From the NCBI GenBank assembly GCA_965208575.1, contig CBDBOV010000004.1:960001-1024000 (forward strand): a stretch of 64,000 nt of DNA, given 5' to 3'. The DNA is from Spirochaetia bacterium. Its GTDB lineage: Bacteria > Spirochaetota > Spirochaetia > SZUA-6 > Bin103. Numbering within the stretch: the stretch's first letter is position 1; each line of letters begins with the position of its first letter. The position numbers were made by a program, and so were the translations under genes. The notes below the pieces were generated by a model. The model saw nothing but the letters and a program-made list of their open reading frames with translations, was not told where the DNA came from and did not search any database. Below are positions 41,530 through 51,305 of this stretch, piece after piece.

Positions 41530-42657
41530 ATGCACGCTTCAATCGCCGTCCTCGAAGGCGACGGCATTGGCCCGGAGATCGTCGCCGAGGCCGTGAAGGT
41601 ACTGGATGCGGTTGCCCACCGATTCGGCCATCGGTTCGACTATCGGCGCACCCCGTTCGGCGCCGGCGCCTGGTTCGCCCACGGCGCCGCGTTTCCCGCC
41701 GAGTCGAAGGCGGTGTGCGACGACGCCGACGCCATTCTGAAGGGCCCGGCCGGCGTGGCGCTCGCGGACATGCGCGCCATACCGGTAGATCAGCGTCCCG
41801 AGCTGGCGATCCTGGAGTTGCGCCAACGCTACAACACCTTTGCCAACTTCCGCCCGGTTGTGCTGCCGCGCAGCCTTGCCCGGTTGTCGCCGCTGCGCGC
41901 CGAGGTGGTCGGCGACGGCATCGACATCCTGATGATCCGCGAGCTGGTGGGCGGCATCTACTTTGGCGAGAAGGTCGAGGGCGAACACACCGCAGGAAGC
42001 TACGCCAGCGACGACTGCCACTACACGCGCGTCCAGATCGAGCAGGTCTCGGAAGTCGCATTCGCCGAGGCCGCGGCGCGCGACTGCCACCTCACCGTGG
42101 TGCACAAGTCCAACATCCTGGCTACCTCGCGACTGTGGGAAGAGGTGGTGGAGGAGTTGGCGCCGCGCTTCCCGGCGGTGGACTACTCGTCGATCCTGGT
42201 GGACAACGCGGCCTTCCAACTGGCGGTGAACCCGGCCCAGTTCAACGGCGTGATGCTGCTCGACAACATGCAGGGCGACATTCTCAGCGACCAGGCGGGC
42301 GGCATCGTCGGCTCGCTCGGAATGATGTGCAGCGCCAGTGCGGGCCCCGAGAAGAGCTACTACGAAGCGGTCCATGGATCGGCGCCCGACATCGCCGGGC
42401 GCGGCGTCGCCAATCCGTTCTCGCTGATCGGCAGCGCCGCGCTGCTGCTGGACAAGAGTTTCGGCCTCGGGGCCGAGGCGAGGGCAGTCTGGAGTGCGCT
42501 GTGGGAAGCATTGGAGAGCGGCCGGGTAACGGTGGATCTTGCCTCCGCCGGGAGTCCGGAGGCGCTCTCCACCGCCGAGTTCGGCGACGTGGTGGCGGCC
42601 GGCGTGCTCGCCGGCGGCCGTCCGGACGAGGCAGACGGGGCGGAGCGCGACCGATGA
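41530..42657 (+). CDS. leuB: 3-isopropylmalate dehydrogenase
   Basis: GDGIGPEI, FANFRP, RELVGGIYFG, HKSNIL, VDNAA, GDILSD, GSLG, YEAVHGSAPDIAG. Confidence 0.88.
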   Translation: MHASIAVLEGDGIGPEIVAEAVKVLDAVAHRFGHRFDYRRTPFGAGAWFAHGAAFPAESKAVCDDADAILKGPAGVALADMRAIPVDQRPELAILELRQRYNTFANFRPVVLPRSLARLSPLRAEVVGDGIDILMIRELVGGIYFGEKVEGEHTAGSYASDDCHYTRVQIEQVSEVAFAEAAARDCHLTVVHKSNILATSRLWEEVVEELAPRFPAVDYSSILVDNAAFQLAVNPAQFNGVMLLDNMQGDILSDQAGGIVGSLGMMCSASAGPEKSYYEAVHGSAPDIAGRGVANPFSLIGSAALLLDKSFGLGAEARAVWSALWEALESGRVTVDLASAGSPEALSTAEFGDVVAAGVLAGGRPDEADGAERDR

Positions 42658-43391
42658 CCGACCACGCACCCGCGGTAGAGGCCGGCCGGAGTGATCCGGC
42701 GGTGCGCATGAGCGGGCCGGTCATCGTTCCCGAGCACGGCCTTGCCGGGCCGGGGGCAGACGGCAACCACGCAGACGCAGACGCACCCGCCGCTCCCTCC
42801 CGCCTGCCGCCGCGGTTCCGCGGGCGCGTGTCGCGGGTGCTGATTCCGGCGCAGGCGCTGCAGCGGCGCATCACCGAAATGGCGCGCGAGTTGGCCAGCC
42901 ATCATCCGCCCGACGGCGAACTGGTCATAACCCCGGTGCTCAACGGTGCGTTCATGTTCGCCGCCGACCTCGCCCGCGCCCTCGGCGCCGTCAGCACGCT
43001 CGACGTGCGCTTCGAATTCGCCAAGACCAGCACCTACGGCGAATCGCTCGGCGCCGGCGGCGACCAGCGCCGCGTGCAGATCGACCTGCAACCTGCCGAC
43101 GTGGTGGGCCGCTCCATGCTGCTCGTGGATGACATCCTGGATCACGGCTTTACGCTGTGCGCGTTACGCGACCGGATGGCAGCTTGGGGGGTGCGCAACG
43201 TGCAGGTGTGCGTCCTGCTGGACAAGCAACTCGGCCACCCGTCGCCGGCAACGCTGGCGCAGCGAGCCAAGGCCGCACCGGACCTGATCGGGTTCCGCAT
43301 CCCGGACGTGTGGGTGGCCGGCTACGGCCTCGACGCCGGCGGCGCGCTGCGCCAGCTGCCGAGCATCGTTGCCGTCGATCCCGACTGCTGA
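42654..43391 (+). CDS. hpt: Hypoxanthine/guanine phosphoribosyltransferase
   Basis: VLNGAFMFAADL, LLVDDILDHGFTL PRPP loop, LLDK, IPDVWVAGYGLD; ATGA overlap with leuB. Confidence 0.85.
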   Translation: MTDHAPAVEAGRSDPAVRMSGPVIVPEHGLAGPGADGNHADADAPAAPSRLPPRFRGRVSRVLIPAQALQRRITEMARELASHHPPDGELVITPVLNGAFMFAADLARALGAVSTLDVRFEFAKTSTYGESLGAGGDQRRVQIDLQPADVVGRSMLLVDDILDHGFTLCALRDRMAAWGVRNVQVCVLLDKQLGHPSPATLAQRAKAAPDLIGFRIPDVWVAGYGLDAGGALRQLPSIVAVDPDC

Positions 43392-43492
43392 CGCCGCCGA
43401 CGAACGCGCACACGCAGGGGCCGGCGGCCGCGGCGACCGGCTTTCCGTTGCCTAGACGCGCGGCAAGAGACTACCGTAAGGGCAACACCATC

Positions 43493-46400
43493 ATGTCACG
43501 AACTCCCTCGATAACACTCACCCCCGGCGCCGAGTTGCACGGCTTCGTGCTGCAGGGGGCCACCGAGGTGCCGGAGGTTCGCTCCGTCGCCTACCTGCTC
43601 GAACATCCGGGCAGCGGCGCCCGGTTGCTGCACCTGCACAGCGACGATCCCGAGAACCTGTTCTCGGTCACCTTTCCGACCCCCTCCTCCGACGACACGG
43701 GCGTGCCGCATATCCTCGAGCACTGTGTGTTGGCCGGCTCGCGCCGTTTCCCGGTGCGCGAACCGTTCTTCGAGATGATCAAGATGAGCATGGCCACCTT
43801 CATCAACGCGATGACCGGCGAGGACGCCACCTACTACCCGGTGGCCAGCAACGTGCCCAAGGACCTGTTCAACCTGGCCGAAGTGTACTTCGACGCCGTC
43901 TTTCACCCGCTGCTGAGCGAGCAGACCTTCCGCCGCGAGGGCCACCACCTGGCACCGGCGCCGGCCGACGACCGCGGCACCGGCAACGGCAACGGCACCC
44001 GCAACGGCAACGGCACCGGTAGCGGCGGCGCGGGCGGCGGCAACCGGCTGGCGATCAGCGGCATCGTGTACAACGAGATGAAGGGCGCCTTCTCCGATCC
44101 CGACGCCAGCCTGGCGCGGCTGCTCAACCACGGCCTGCTGCCGGACACCATTTACGCGCACGAGAGCGGCGGCACACCGGACGCGATCCCGGACCTCAGC
44201 TACGACGCGTTCCGCCGCTTCCATGCCAACTACTACCACCCGAGCAACGCCTACTTCTTCGCGTACGGCGACGTCGCCACCGCCGACTACTGCGCCTTCC
44301 TGGACCGGCGGCTCGCGGGCTTCGCACGGCGCACGGTGGCATGGCCCGCCGGCGTCTCCGGCGACCGCTTCGACCCGGTCCGCCAAGGCCGCTGGGCTGC
44401 CCCGCGCGCGCTGCGCGAGCGCTACCCGATCGGAGCCAACGAGCCGGACGCGGAGCGCACCTACCTGGTCAACGCCTGGCTCACCGGCGATGCGCTCGAC
44501 CCGGAGGATGCCGCGCTGATGCACGTTCTGTCGCTGATTCTCGCCGGCAACGAGGCGGCGCCGCTGCGCAAGGCGGTGGTGGCATCGCGGCTCGGCGCCG
44601 ACCTGACCTACTCGGGGAGTTCGTCGGTGGGGCGCGAGGCAACCTTCGTGATCGGCATCCGCGGCAGCGAGGGCGATCGCGCCGGCCGGTTCGCCGACCT
44701 GGTCGACACCACCCTGCGCGACATCGCCGCCGGCGGCATCAGCGCGGAGATGGTGGAAACGGCGTTCCGGCAGGCGGCGTTCGAATACCTGGAAGTGCAG
44801 CCGATGTTCCCCCTGCACACCCTGTTCCGGGTGGTGGGAAGCTGGATCTACGGCGCCGACCCGCTGCGCTTCCTGCGCCTCGGCACCCACCTGGCCACCT
44901 GCCGGGAACGCTGGCAGCGCGAACCGGACCTGTTTTCCCGGCTGCTGCGCGAACGGCTGGTCGACAACCCGCACCGCCTGAACGTGGTGATGAGCCCCGA
45001 TCGCGCGCTGCAGGGCGAGCTCGACGAGCGCCTGCTCACCCGTGTACAGCGCATCGAGAGCACCATGACGGAGGATGAGGTCGCGGCCGCCGGGGCGGCC
45101 GCGGCGGAGCTGGAGCAGCTCAACAGCACTCCCAACACCGCGGCGCAACTGGCGAGCCTGCCGCAACTCCAGGTTGCGGACCTGCCGGCCTCACTGCAGC
45201 ACGTCGACACCGAAGTGCGCGACGTGGCCGGCGTTACCCTGCTGCGCAATGACCTGTTTGCCAACGGCGTCAACTATCTGGTGGTCGACTTCGACCTGAC
45301 CGGCCTGCCGGCGGAGCTGTGGCCCTATCTGCCGCGCTACCTCGAGGCGACCGAGAAACTGGGCGTCGCCGGGGCCGATTACGAGGCGATCGCGCGTCGC
45401 AAGGCAGCCGCCACCGGCGGTGTGCGCGCGTCGCTGTCGCTCTCTCACCACGGCGTGCACGCCGAGCGCACGTTGCGCGCGGTACGGTTCAGCCTGAAGG
45501 CGCTCGACGACCAGATCGAAGAGGCCCTGTCGCTGCTCGGCAGCCTGGTGTTCGGCGTCGATCCGCGCGATGATGGGCGACTGCGCGAGGTTCTGATTCA
45601 GGAGCGCATGCACTACCGCACCGGCCTGGTGCGCGGCGGCGCCCGCACCGCCGGCCTGCACGCCGGGCGCGGTCTCGACCTGGCCGGACACCTGGCGGAA
45701 ATCGCTCACGGCCTGCCGCAGCTTGCCCTGTGCGAGGAGCTGGCCGCGGACTTCGACGCGCACCGCGACCGACTGATGGAGCGCATCGAGCGGATCCGCG
45801 ACTTCCTGCTGGTGCGCGACCGGCTCACGGTGAGTCACACCGGCACCGAGCGCGGCGCCGGCCTGGTAGCGGCGGCGCTGGCCGACTGGAGCGGCCGGAT
45901 GCGCGCGCAGCCGGTCACCGACGCCGACCTCGGCTTCACGCCGTTTGCAACGCCGCCGCGCGAGGGGCTGGCGGCGCAGATGGACGTGGCCTACTGCGCG
46001 CAGGTGTTCGGCGCGCCGCACATCTCGCAGGCGGACGCGGTTCCGCTGCAGGTGGGGGCGCACATCGTGAACCTCGACTGGATCCTTCCCGAAATCCGCT
46101 TCAAGGGCAACGCGTACGGCGCCTGGTTCCGGTACGACGCGGTCGGCGGGTCCGCCGCGTTCGGCTCCTACCGCGACCCGCACATCGTGCGCACGCTCGA
46201 CGTATTCGCACGCTCGCGCGAGTACGTCGATGCGGCGGCGTGGAGCGAGGAGGAGATCGGGCGCGCGATCATCGCCGTCGCCAAGCGCGGCTTCACCCCG
46301 CTGCGGCCGCGGCCCGCTACCGGGCTCGCCCTGCAGCGCCACCTGGCGGGCATCACGCCGGAGATGCGTGAGGCGCGCCACGAAGAGCTCAAGAGCGTCT

Positions 46401-46561
46401 CTCCGGGAGCGGTCAAGGCCGCCCTGCAGCGGTTGCTGGCCGGCGGCCTGGCGCACGCACCGGTGTGCGTCGTATCGAGCCGCGCGATGCTGGAGCAGGC
46501 CAATCGCGAACTGACCGGCAATCCCCTGGAAGTGAGCGAAATCCTGCACGGCCCTTCATAG
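43493..46561 (+). CDS. M16C (presequence protease/PreP-like) zinc metallopeptidase
   Basis: TGVPHILEH (HxxEH), FINAMT, GIVYNEMKG, YYHPSN, IRFKGNAYG, SYRDP; ~1020 aa. Confidence 0.93.
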   Translation: MSRTPSITLTPGAELHGFVLQGATEVPEVRSVAYLLEHPGSGARLLHLHSDDPENLFSVTFPTPSSDDTGVPHILEHCVLAGSRRFPVREPFFEMIKMSMATFINAMTGEDATYYPVASNVPKDLFNLAEVYFDAVFHPLLSEQTFRREGHHLAPAPADDRGTGNGNGTRNGNGTGSGGAGGGNRLAISGIVYNEMKGAFSDPDASLARLLNHGLLPDTIYAHESGGTPDAIPDLSYDAFRRFHANYYHPSNAYFFAYGDVATADYCAFLDRRLAGFARRTVAWPAGVSGDRFDPVRQGRWAAPRALRERYPIGANEPDAERTYLVNAWLTGDALDPEDAALMHVLSLILAGNEAAPLRKAVVASRLGADLTYSGSSSVGREATFVIGIRGSEGDRAGRFADLVDTTLRDIAAGGISAEMVETAFRQAAFEYLEVQPMFPLHTLFRVVGSWIYGADPLRFLRLGTHLATCRERWQREPDLFSRLLRERLVDNPHRLNVVMSPDRALQGELDERLLTRVQRIESTMTEDEVAAAGAAAAELEQLNSTPNTAAQLASLPQLQVADLPASLQHVDTEVRDVAGVTLLRNDLFANGVNYLVVDFDLTGLPAELWPYLPRYLEATEKLGVAGADYEAIARRKAAATGGVRASLSLSHHGVHAERTLRAVRFSLKALDDQIEEALSLLGSLVFGVDPRDDGRLREVLIQERMHYRTGLVRGGARTAGLHAGRGLDLAGHLAEIAHGLPQLALCEELAADFDAHRDRLMERIERIRDFLLVRDRLTVSHTGTERGAGLVAAALADWSGRMRAQPVTDADLGFTPFATPPREGLAAQMDVAYCAQVFGAPHISQADAVPLQVGAHIVNLDWILPEIRFKGNAYGAWFRYDAVGGSAAFGSYRDPHIVRTLDVFARSREYVDAAAWSEEEIGRAIIAVAKRGFTPLRPRPATGLALQRHLAGITPEMREARHEELKSVSPGAVKAALQRLLAGGLAHAPVCVVSSRAMLEQANRELTGNPLEVSEILHGPS

Positions 46562-46591
46562 GAGTCTGGCGGATTGCGACAGACTCCTATG
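46557..46591. repeat. 12-bp perfect inverted repeat overlapping the peptidase stop
   Basis: CATAGGAGTCTG-N11-CAGACTCCTATG. Confidence 0.75.
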
Positions 46592-46663
46592 CGCCAGGTG
46601 GGGATGGGCCGAAAGCGACGCCGTAAGGCGACGTTTTCGGGGCGCTAGCCGGCCGCGGCGGCC

Positions 46664-47929
46664 ATGCGTGCACGGACCGGCGGCGGCGCTCACGGGGCCG
46701 GCACCTCGCGTCGGCAGTTCCTGACCGCCGCCGGCAAGGGCGCGGTGCTGGCGCTGACCATGTTCGGCGCCGGGCCGCGGGTTGCCGCGCGCGGTCTGTT
46801 CGGGCGCGGCCTGCTGCCGAGCGCCTGGCACAGCATCGCGGATTCGCCGCTGCCGAAGCCGGGCATGATCGTACACGGCGAGTTGCCGTTCAACGGCGAG
46901 TTCCCGCCTCACCTGCTCGACGACCCGGTCACGCCGACCGCGCGCCACTTCGTGCGCAACAACGGCGGCGTGCCGGCGCGCGCGCGCAGCAAGGATCTGA
47001 GCGGCTGGGCACTGCGCGTCGACGGCGAAGTACGCCACTCCCTGGCGCTTACGCTGGACGAGCTGCTGTGCCTGCCGCAGGTCACGATGCAGGCGGTGCT
47101 GGAGTGTGCCGGCAACGGCAGGAGCCTGTTCACGCCGCCGGTGGGCGGTACGCCGTGGATCCGGGGCGCCGTAGCGTGCAGCGAGTGGACCGGGGTGCGG
47201 CTGCGCGACGTGCTGGAGTTGGCCGGGGTGCGCGACAGCGCCGTCTACGTCGCGGCATTCGGCGAGGATGCGCCGCTCGACGGCGGTGAGCCGTTCTCGC
47301 GCGGCATCCCGATCGGCAAGGCGATGGATGAGCACACGCTGATCGCGCTGGCGATGAACGGCGTACCGCTGCCGGCCGCGCACGGCTTTCCGGCACGGCT
47401 GCTGGTGCCGGGCTGGATTGGGAGCGCGATGCAGAAGTGGCTGCGCCGCCTGTGGGTGCGCGACCGCGTGCACGACTCCGCCAAGATGAGCGGCTACTCC
47501 TACCGAGTGCCGGCCCATCCGGTCGCGCCGGGCGCCACGCCGGCCGCCGAGGAGATGCGGATCGCCACCGCGTGGGTGGTCAAGTCGCTCATCACCCGGC
47601 CGCGCAGCGGACACGAGGCGGCGCAGGGCGAGACGCTGCAGGTGGGCGGCCATGCCTGGGCCGGCGATAACGAGGTGGTGCGCGTTGCGGTGTCCACCGA
47701 CTTCGGCATCACCTGGCAGGAGGCGCGCCTGGCCGCTCCCGCCAACCGCTACGCCTGGTACCACTGGCAGACCGAGGTGGCGTTCCGCAACCGCGGCTAC
47801 TACGAGATCTGGGCGCGCGCGTTCGACCACACCGGCAATGCGCAGCCGTTCCGCCAGCCCTGGAATCCGAAGGGCTACCTCGGCAACGTCGTTCACCGGG
47901 TGCCCGTGATGGTCGCTGCAGCGGCCTGA
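46664..47929 (+). CDS. Tat-exported sulfite-oxidase-family molybdoenzyme (SorA/SorT-like)
   Basis: SRRQFL Tat motif, HFVRNNG, LECAGNGR, HGFPARLLVPGW, KWL, WNPKGY. Confidence 0.92.
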   Translation: MRARTGGGAHGAGTSRRQFLTAAGKGAVLALTMFGAGPRVAARGLFGRGLLPSAWHSIADSPLPKPGMIVHGELPFNGEFPPHLLDDPVTPTARHFVRNNGGVPARARSKDLSGWALRVDGEVRHSLALTLDELLCLPQVTMQAVLECAGNGRSLFTPPVGGTPWIRGAVACSEWTGVRLRDVLELAGVRDSAVYVAAFGEDAPLDGGEPFSRGIPIGKAMDEHTLIALAMNGVPLPAAHGFPARLLVPGWIGSAMQKWLRRLWVRDRVHDSAKMSGYSYRVPAHPVAPGATPAAEEMRIATAWVVKSLITRPRSGHEAAQGETLQVGGHAWAGDNEVVRVAVSTDFGITWQEARLAAPANRYAWYHWQTEVAFRNRGYYEIWARAFDHTGNAQPFRQPWNPKGYLGNVVHRVPVMVAAAA

Positions 47930-47990
47930 CGGCGCGCGACCGCCCGCCTGCCGCCTTGCGAGAGCGGCGGCGCGCGGGCGATAGTGACCC

Positions 47991-48782
47991 ATGGCGGACA
48001 CCAACCCCTTCTCCCTTGCCGGCCGCCGCGCCCTGGTCAGCGGCGGCAGCCGCGGCATCGGTCTCGGCGTAGCCGCGGCGCTGGCCGACGCCGGGGCCGC
48101 GGTCGCGCTGGTAAGCCGCGACCCGCAAGCGCTGGCGGCGGCGCGCGACCGCATCGTCGCGCGCGGCGGCGAGGCCGCCACCTACCCGTGCGATCTGACC
48201 GACACCGGCGGCATCGACGACCTGTACCGGCGGGTACGCGCCGACGGTCCGGTCGACATCCTGGTGAACAACGCCGGCGGTACGCGGCGCGCTCGGGCGG
48301 CCGATCTCGCCGCGGCGGACTGGCAGTTCGTGCTCGACCTCAACCTGACCGCCGTGTTCCGCCTGACGCAGGCGTTCGGCCGGGACCGGATCGCGCACGT
48401 GGGAGGTGCGGCGGCGCCGGCCGGCTCGGCCAAGGTGATCAACATCGCATCGCTGCTCAGCGAGCAGGCGCGCCCGCAGAACGCCCCCTACGCGGCCACC
48501 AAGGGCGCCATCCGCCAGCTCACCAAGGCGCTGGCGGTCGAGTGGGCGCCCTACGGTATCAACGTCAACGCCATCGGTCCGGGGTACATAAAGACCGACA
48601 TGACGCGCCCGCTGTGGGAGGACGACTCGTTCGACGCCTGGGTGCGCGACCGGGCGCCGCTCGGCACCTGGGGCACGCCGGCCGACATCGGCGCCGCGGC
48701 GGTGTTCCTGGCCTCCGCCGGCGCAAACTACATCACCGGCCAGGTGCTGTACGTGGACGGCGGATGGCTGAGTTCCCTGTAG
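47991..48782 (+). CDS. SDR-family oxidoreductase (KduD/gluconate 5-dehydrogenase-like)
   Basis: GGSRGIG, ILVNNAG, INIASLL, YAATK, VEWAPYGINVNAIGPGY, VDGGW. Confidence 0.9.
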   Translation: MADTNPFSLAGRRALVSGGSRGIGLGVAAALADAGAAVALVSRDPQALAAARDRIVARGGEAATYPCDLTDTGGIDDLYRRVRADGPVDILVNNAGGTRRARAADLAAADWQFVLDLNLTAVFRLTQAFGRDRIAHVGGAAAPAGSAKVINIASLLSEQARPQNAPYAATKGAIRQLTKALAVEWAPYGINVNAIGPGYIKTDMTRPLWEDDSFDAWVRDRAPLGTWGTPADIGAAAVFLASAGANYITGQVLYVDGGWLSSL

Positions 48783-48904
48783 CAGCGGCGCGGCGCTCGG
48801 CGCAATAGTTGCCGGATTGGGCTGCGTTTGCGCTACATTGCGCATAGCAGTATTCCGCCGGACACCACGGCGGAGACGAAGACAGAGCGTGGAGGAAAGC
48901 GCAC

Positions 48905-50179
48905 ATGAATACCGGAATCGGCGACATGGCCGTCTACATCCCCAAGCTGATCATGCGCTTGAGCCGCCTGTTGGAACGCTACGCGTTGTCCAATCCCACC
49001 ATTCAGCGCATCCTGGATCGAGCCATCCACAAGACCGGGCAGATCTCGGTACGCTTTCCGCACTTCTGGGAGGATGCGGTCACCATGGCGGCGCAGGCCG
49101 CGATGCAGGTGCTGTCGCGCATGAACGACGGCGCCATCGCCAGCTTGCGCTACATCGCGGTGGGCACCGAGTCGGCCACCGACCTCGCGAAGCCGATCGC
49201 GGCCCACGTCGGCGGCATGCTGCGCGCCGCCGGCTTTCCCATCTCCACCTCGATCGCCACGTTTCAGACCCAGCACGCCTGCGCCGGCGGCACCTACTCG
49301 CTGCTCGGGGTGGGCGCGCTGCTGTCGCTGAGTCCGGTGAGGAGCGAGCGCGGGCTGGTGATCTGCACCGACGTGGCGCGCTACGCCCCCGGCACCAGCG
49401 CCGAGATTACCGCCGGCGCCGGCGCCGTCGCCATGGTCGCCGAACGCGGCTGCGGCCTGGTGGAGCTGGACGTGGCCAGCACCGGCTACGCCTCCCGCGA
49501 CGTGGACGACTTCTTCCGTCCGGTCGGCGCCATCACACCGCGGGTGCGCGGTTCGTACTCGATCAACTGCTACAAGGAGACGATCGAGGACGCGTTCCTG
49601 GACCACTGCCGGCGCGTCGGCATGTCCCCCGCCGAGGTGCTGCGCGAGACCGACCTGTTTGCCTTTCACGCGCCCTACCATCACCTGCCGCTGGAGTTGA
49701 TGGGCTCCCTGGTCGCCCGCTACCTCGGACTCTCCGGGCCCCGGATCAACCGCTATCTCGCCGAACGCGACTTCGACGCTTCGATCAGGCCGGCCGCCAT
49801 CGTCGGCAACCTGTACTCGGGTTCGGTGTTTCTGAGCCTCGCCTCGCTGCTCAACCGGCGCTGCCAGCGGCGCGGCGACCGCATGGTCGGCGAGCGCCTG
49901 CTGATGCTGTCGTACGGATCGGGCAACACCGCCGTGGCGCTGAGTGGCCGGGTGGCGGAGCGTGCCCCGGAGGTGATCCGCCGATGGGACATGGATTCGG
50001 CGCTGAATCACGCGCAGGAGGCGCCGTCGGACGACTACGACCGCTGGGTCGCCGGCGACGGCGAGCAGGCCGGCTTCCGCACGCCGAGTCACGCCGCGGC
50101 GAGCGGGATTCCGCGCGACTCCTTCTACCTGGAACGTATTCGCGACGACGGTTACCGCGTGTACGCGCTGCATCGGTAG
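48905..50179 (+). CDS. Hydroxymethylglutaryl-CoA synthase
   Basis: EDAVTMAA, VGTES (Glu), QHACAGGT (Cys), GAGAVA, DFFRP, FHAPY (His), GNLYSGS, SYGSG; GGAGG SD. Confidence 0.88.
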   Translation: MNTGIGDMAVYIPKLIMRLSRLLERYALSNPTIQRILDRAIHKTGQISVRFPHFWEDAVTMAAQAAMQVLSRMNDGAIASLRYIAVGTESATDLAKPIAAHVGGMLRAAGFPISTSIATFQTQHACAGGTYSLLGVGALLSLSPVRSERGLVICTDVARYAPGTSAEITAGAGAVAMVAERGCGLVELDVASTGYASRDVDDFFRPVGAITPRVRGSYSINCYKETIEDAFLDHCRRVGMSPAEVLRETDLFAFHAPYHHLPLELMGSLVARYLGLSGPRINRYLAERDFDASIRPAAIVGNLYSGSVFLSLASLLNRRCQRRGDRMVGERLLMLSYGSGNTAVALSGRVAERAPEVIRRWDMDSALNHAQEAPSDDYDRWVAGDGEQAGFRTPSHAAASGIPRDSFYLERIRDDGYRVYALHR

Positions 50180-50181
50180 CG

Positions 50182-51300
50182 GTGCGGGACGCCACGCTCG
50201 TTACCGATCCGCCCCGCACCGGCCCGAGCACCGGCTCGAGCCGCGCGGCGCCGGGCCCGCCGTCCTCGTTCGGAGCACAGGATCGGCAGGCGGTGGAGCG
50301 GTTCGTCAGCGAGTTCCTGGCCGGCAAGCATGCCGACGGGGCCGGCGAGGTGGCCGACCGCTTCGCCGAGTACGTGTGCCGCGGCAAGATGATGCGCGCG
50401 GCGCTGGTAGTGCTGGCATTCCGGATGGGCCGGACCGGGCCGTTGTCCACCGATGTCCTGCGCTGCGCGTCGGCGCTGGAACTGCTGCACTCCGCCATGC
50501 TGATCCACGACGACATCATCGACCGCAGCGACACCAGGCGCGGCATGCCGGCATGGCACGTGCGCTACGCGCGGCGCGCCGGATTGTGGGACGCCGCGGA
50601 GGCGGCTCACGTCGGGCGCAGCATGGCGCTGTGCGCCGGCGACGTGGGCTTTTTCTTCGCATTCGAGTTGTTGGCGCAGATCGACGCCGACCCGCACACC
50701 AAGCGCGAGTTGCTGACCGCCGTGACCCGGACCGCCGGCACCGTGGGCGTCGGCGAAATGAACGAGATGCATCTCGCCGTCGACCATCGCGGCAACGACG
50801 ACGCCATTCTCGAAGTGTACGCCCAGAAGACCGCCGGCTACTCCTGCGCGCTGCCGCTGACCGCCGGCGGGCTCCTGGGTGGACTGGCCGCCGAGACGCT
50901 GGCGGAACTGGCGGCGATCGGGCGAGCGCTCGGGGAAATCTTTCAGATCATCGACGACGAACTGGACCTGTTCGGCGACGAGCTCGAGATGGGCAAGCCG
51001 GTCGGCGCCGACGTCCGGGAGGGCCGCCACACCCTGTTCTATGCCCTGCTGAGCCGCCACCTCCCGGCGCAGGAGTGGGCCCGGATCAGCGTTCTGTTCG
51101 GCGACCGCAACCTGCGCCACGACGACCTGCTGCCGGTGCGCGAAGCGATCGACGCGGCCGGCATCCGCGACATGGTGGGCGCCCGCCTGCTGCGCACCGC
51201 GGACGCCGCCCGGCGCCGCGTGCAGACGCTGGCGGTGGCGCCGCCGCACCGCGCGTCCCTGCTCGGGATGTTCGACGCCGTGCTGGCGCGGCGCCCCTGA
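50182..51300 (+). CDS. crtE: Geranylgeranyl diphosphate synthase (polyprenyl synthetase)
   Basis: GKMMR, LELLH..LIHDDIIDRSDTRRG (FARM), KTAGYS, FQIIDDELD (SARM), GKPVGADVREG. Confidence 0.85.
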   Translation: MRDATLVTDPPRTGPSTGSSRAAPGPPSSFGAQDRQAVERFVSEFLAGKHADGAGEVADRFAEYVCRGKMMRAALVVLAFRMGRTGPLSTDVLRCASALELLHSAMLIHDDIIDRSDTRRGMPAWHVRYARRAGLWDAAEAAHVGRSMALCAGDVGFFFAFELLAQIDADPHTKRELLTAVTRTAGTVGVGEMNEMHLAVDHRGNDDAILEVYAQKTAGYSCALPLTAGGLLGGLAAETLAELAAIGRALGEIFQIIDDELDLFGDELEMGKPVGADVREGRHTLFYALLSRHLPAQEWARISVLFGDRNLRHDDLLPVREAIDAAGIRDMVGARLLRTADAARRRVQTLAVAPPHRASLLGMFDAVLARRP

Positions 51301-51305
51301 CGGAC

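Noticed and set aside
48783-48904. Light-responsive (CarH/LitR or ECF sigma) operator upstream of the carotenoid operon
   Set aside because: A small hairpin and TTGCGC repeats are present, but no recognisable operator and no regulator gene in the window
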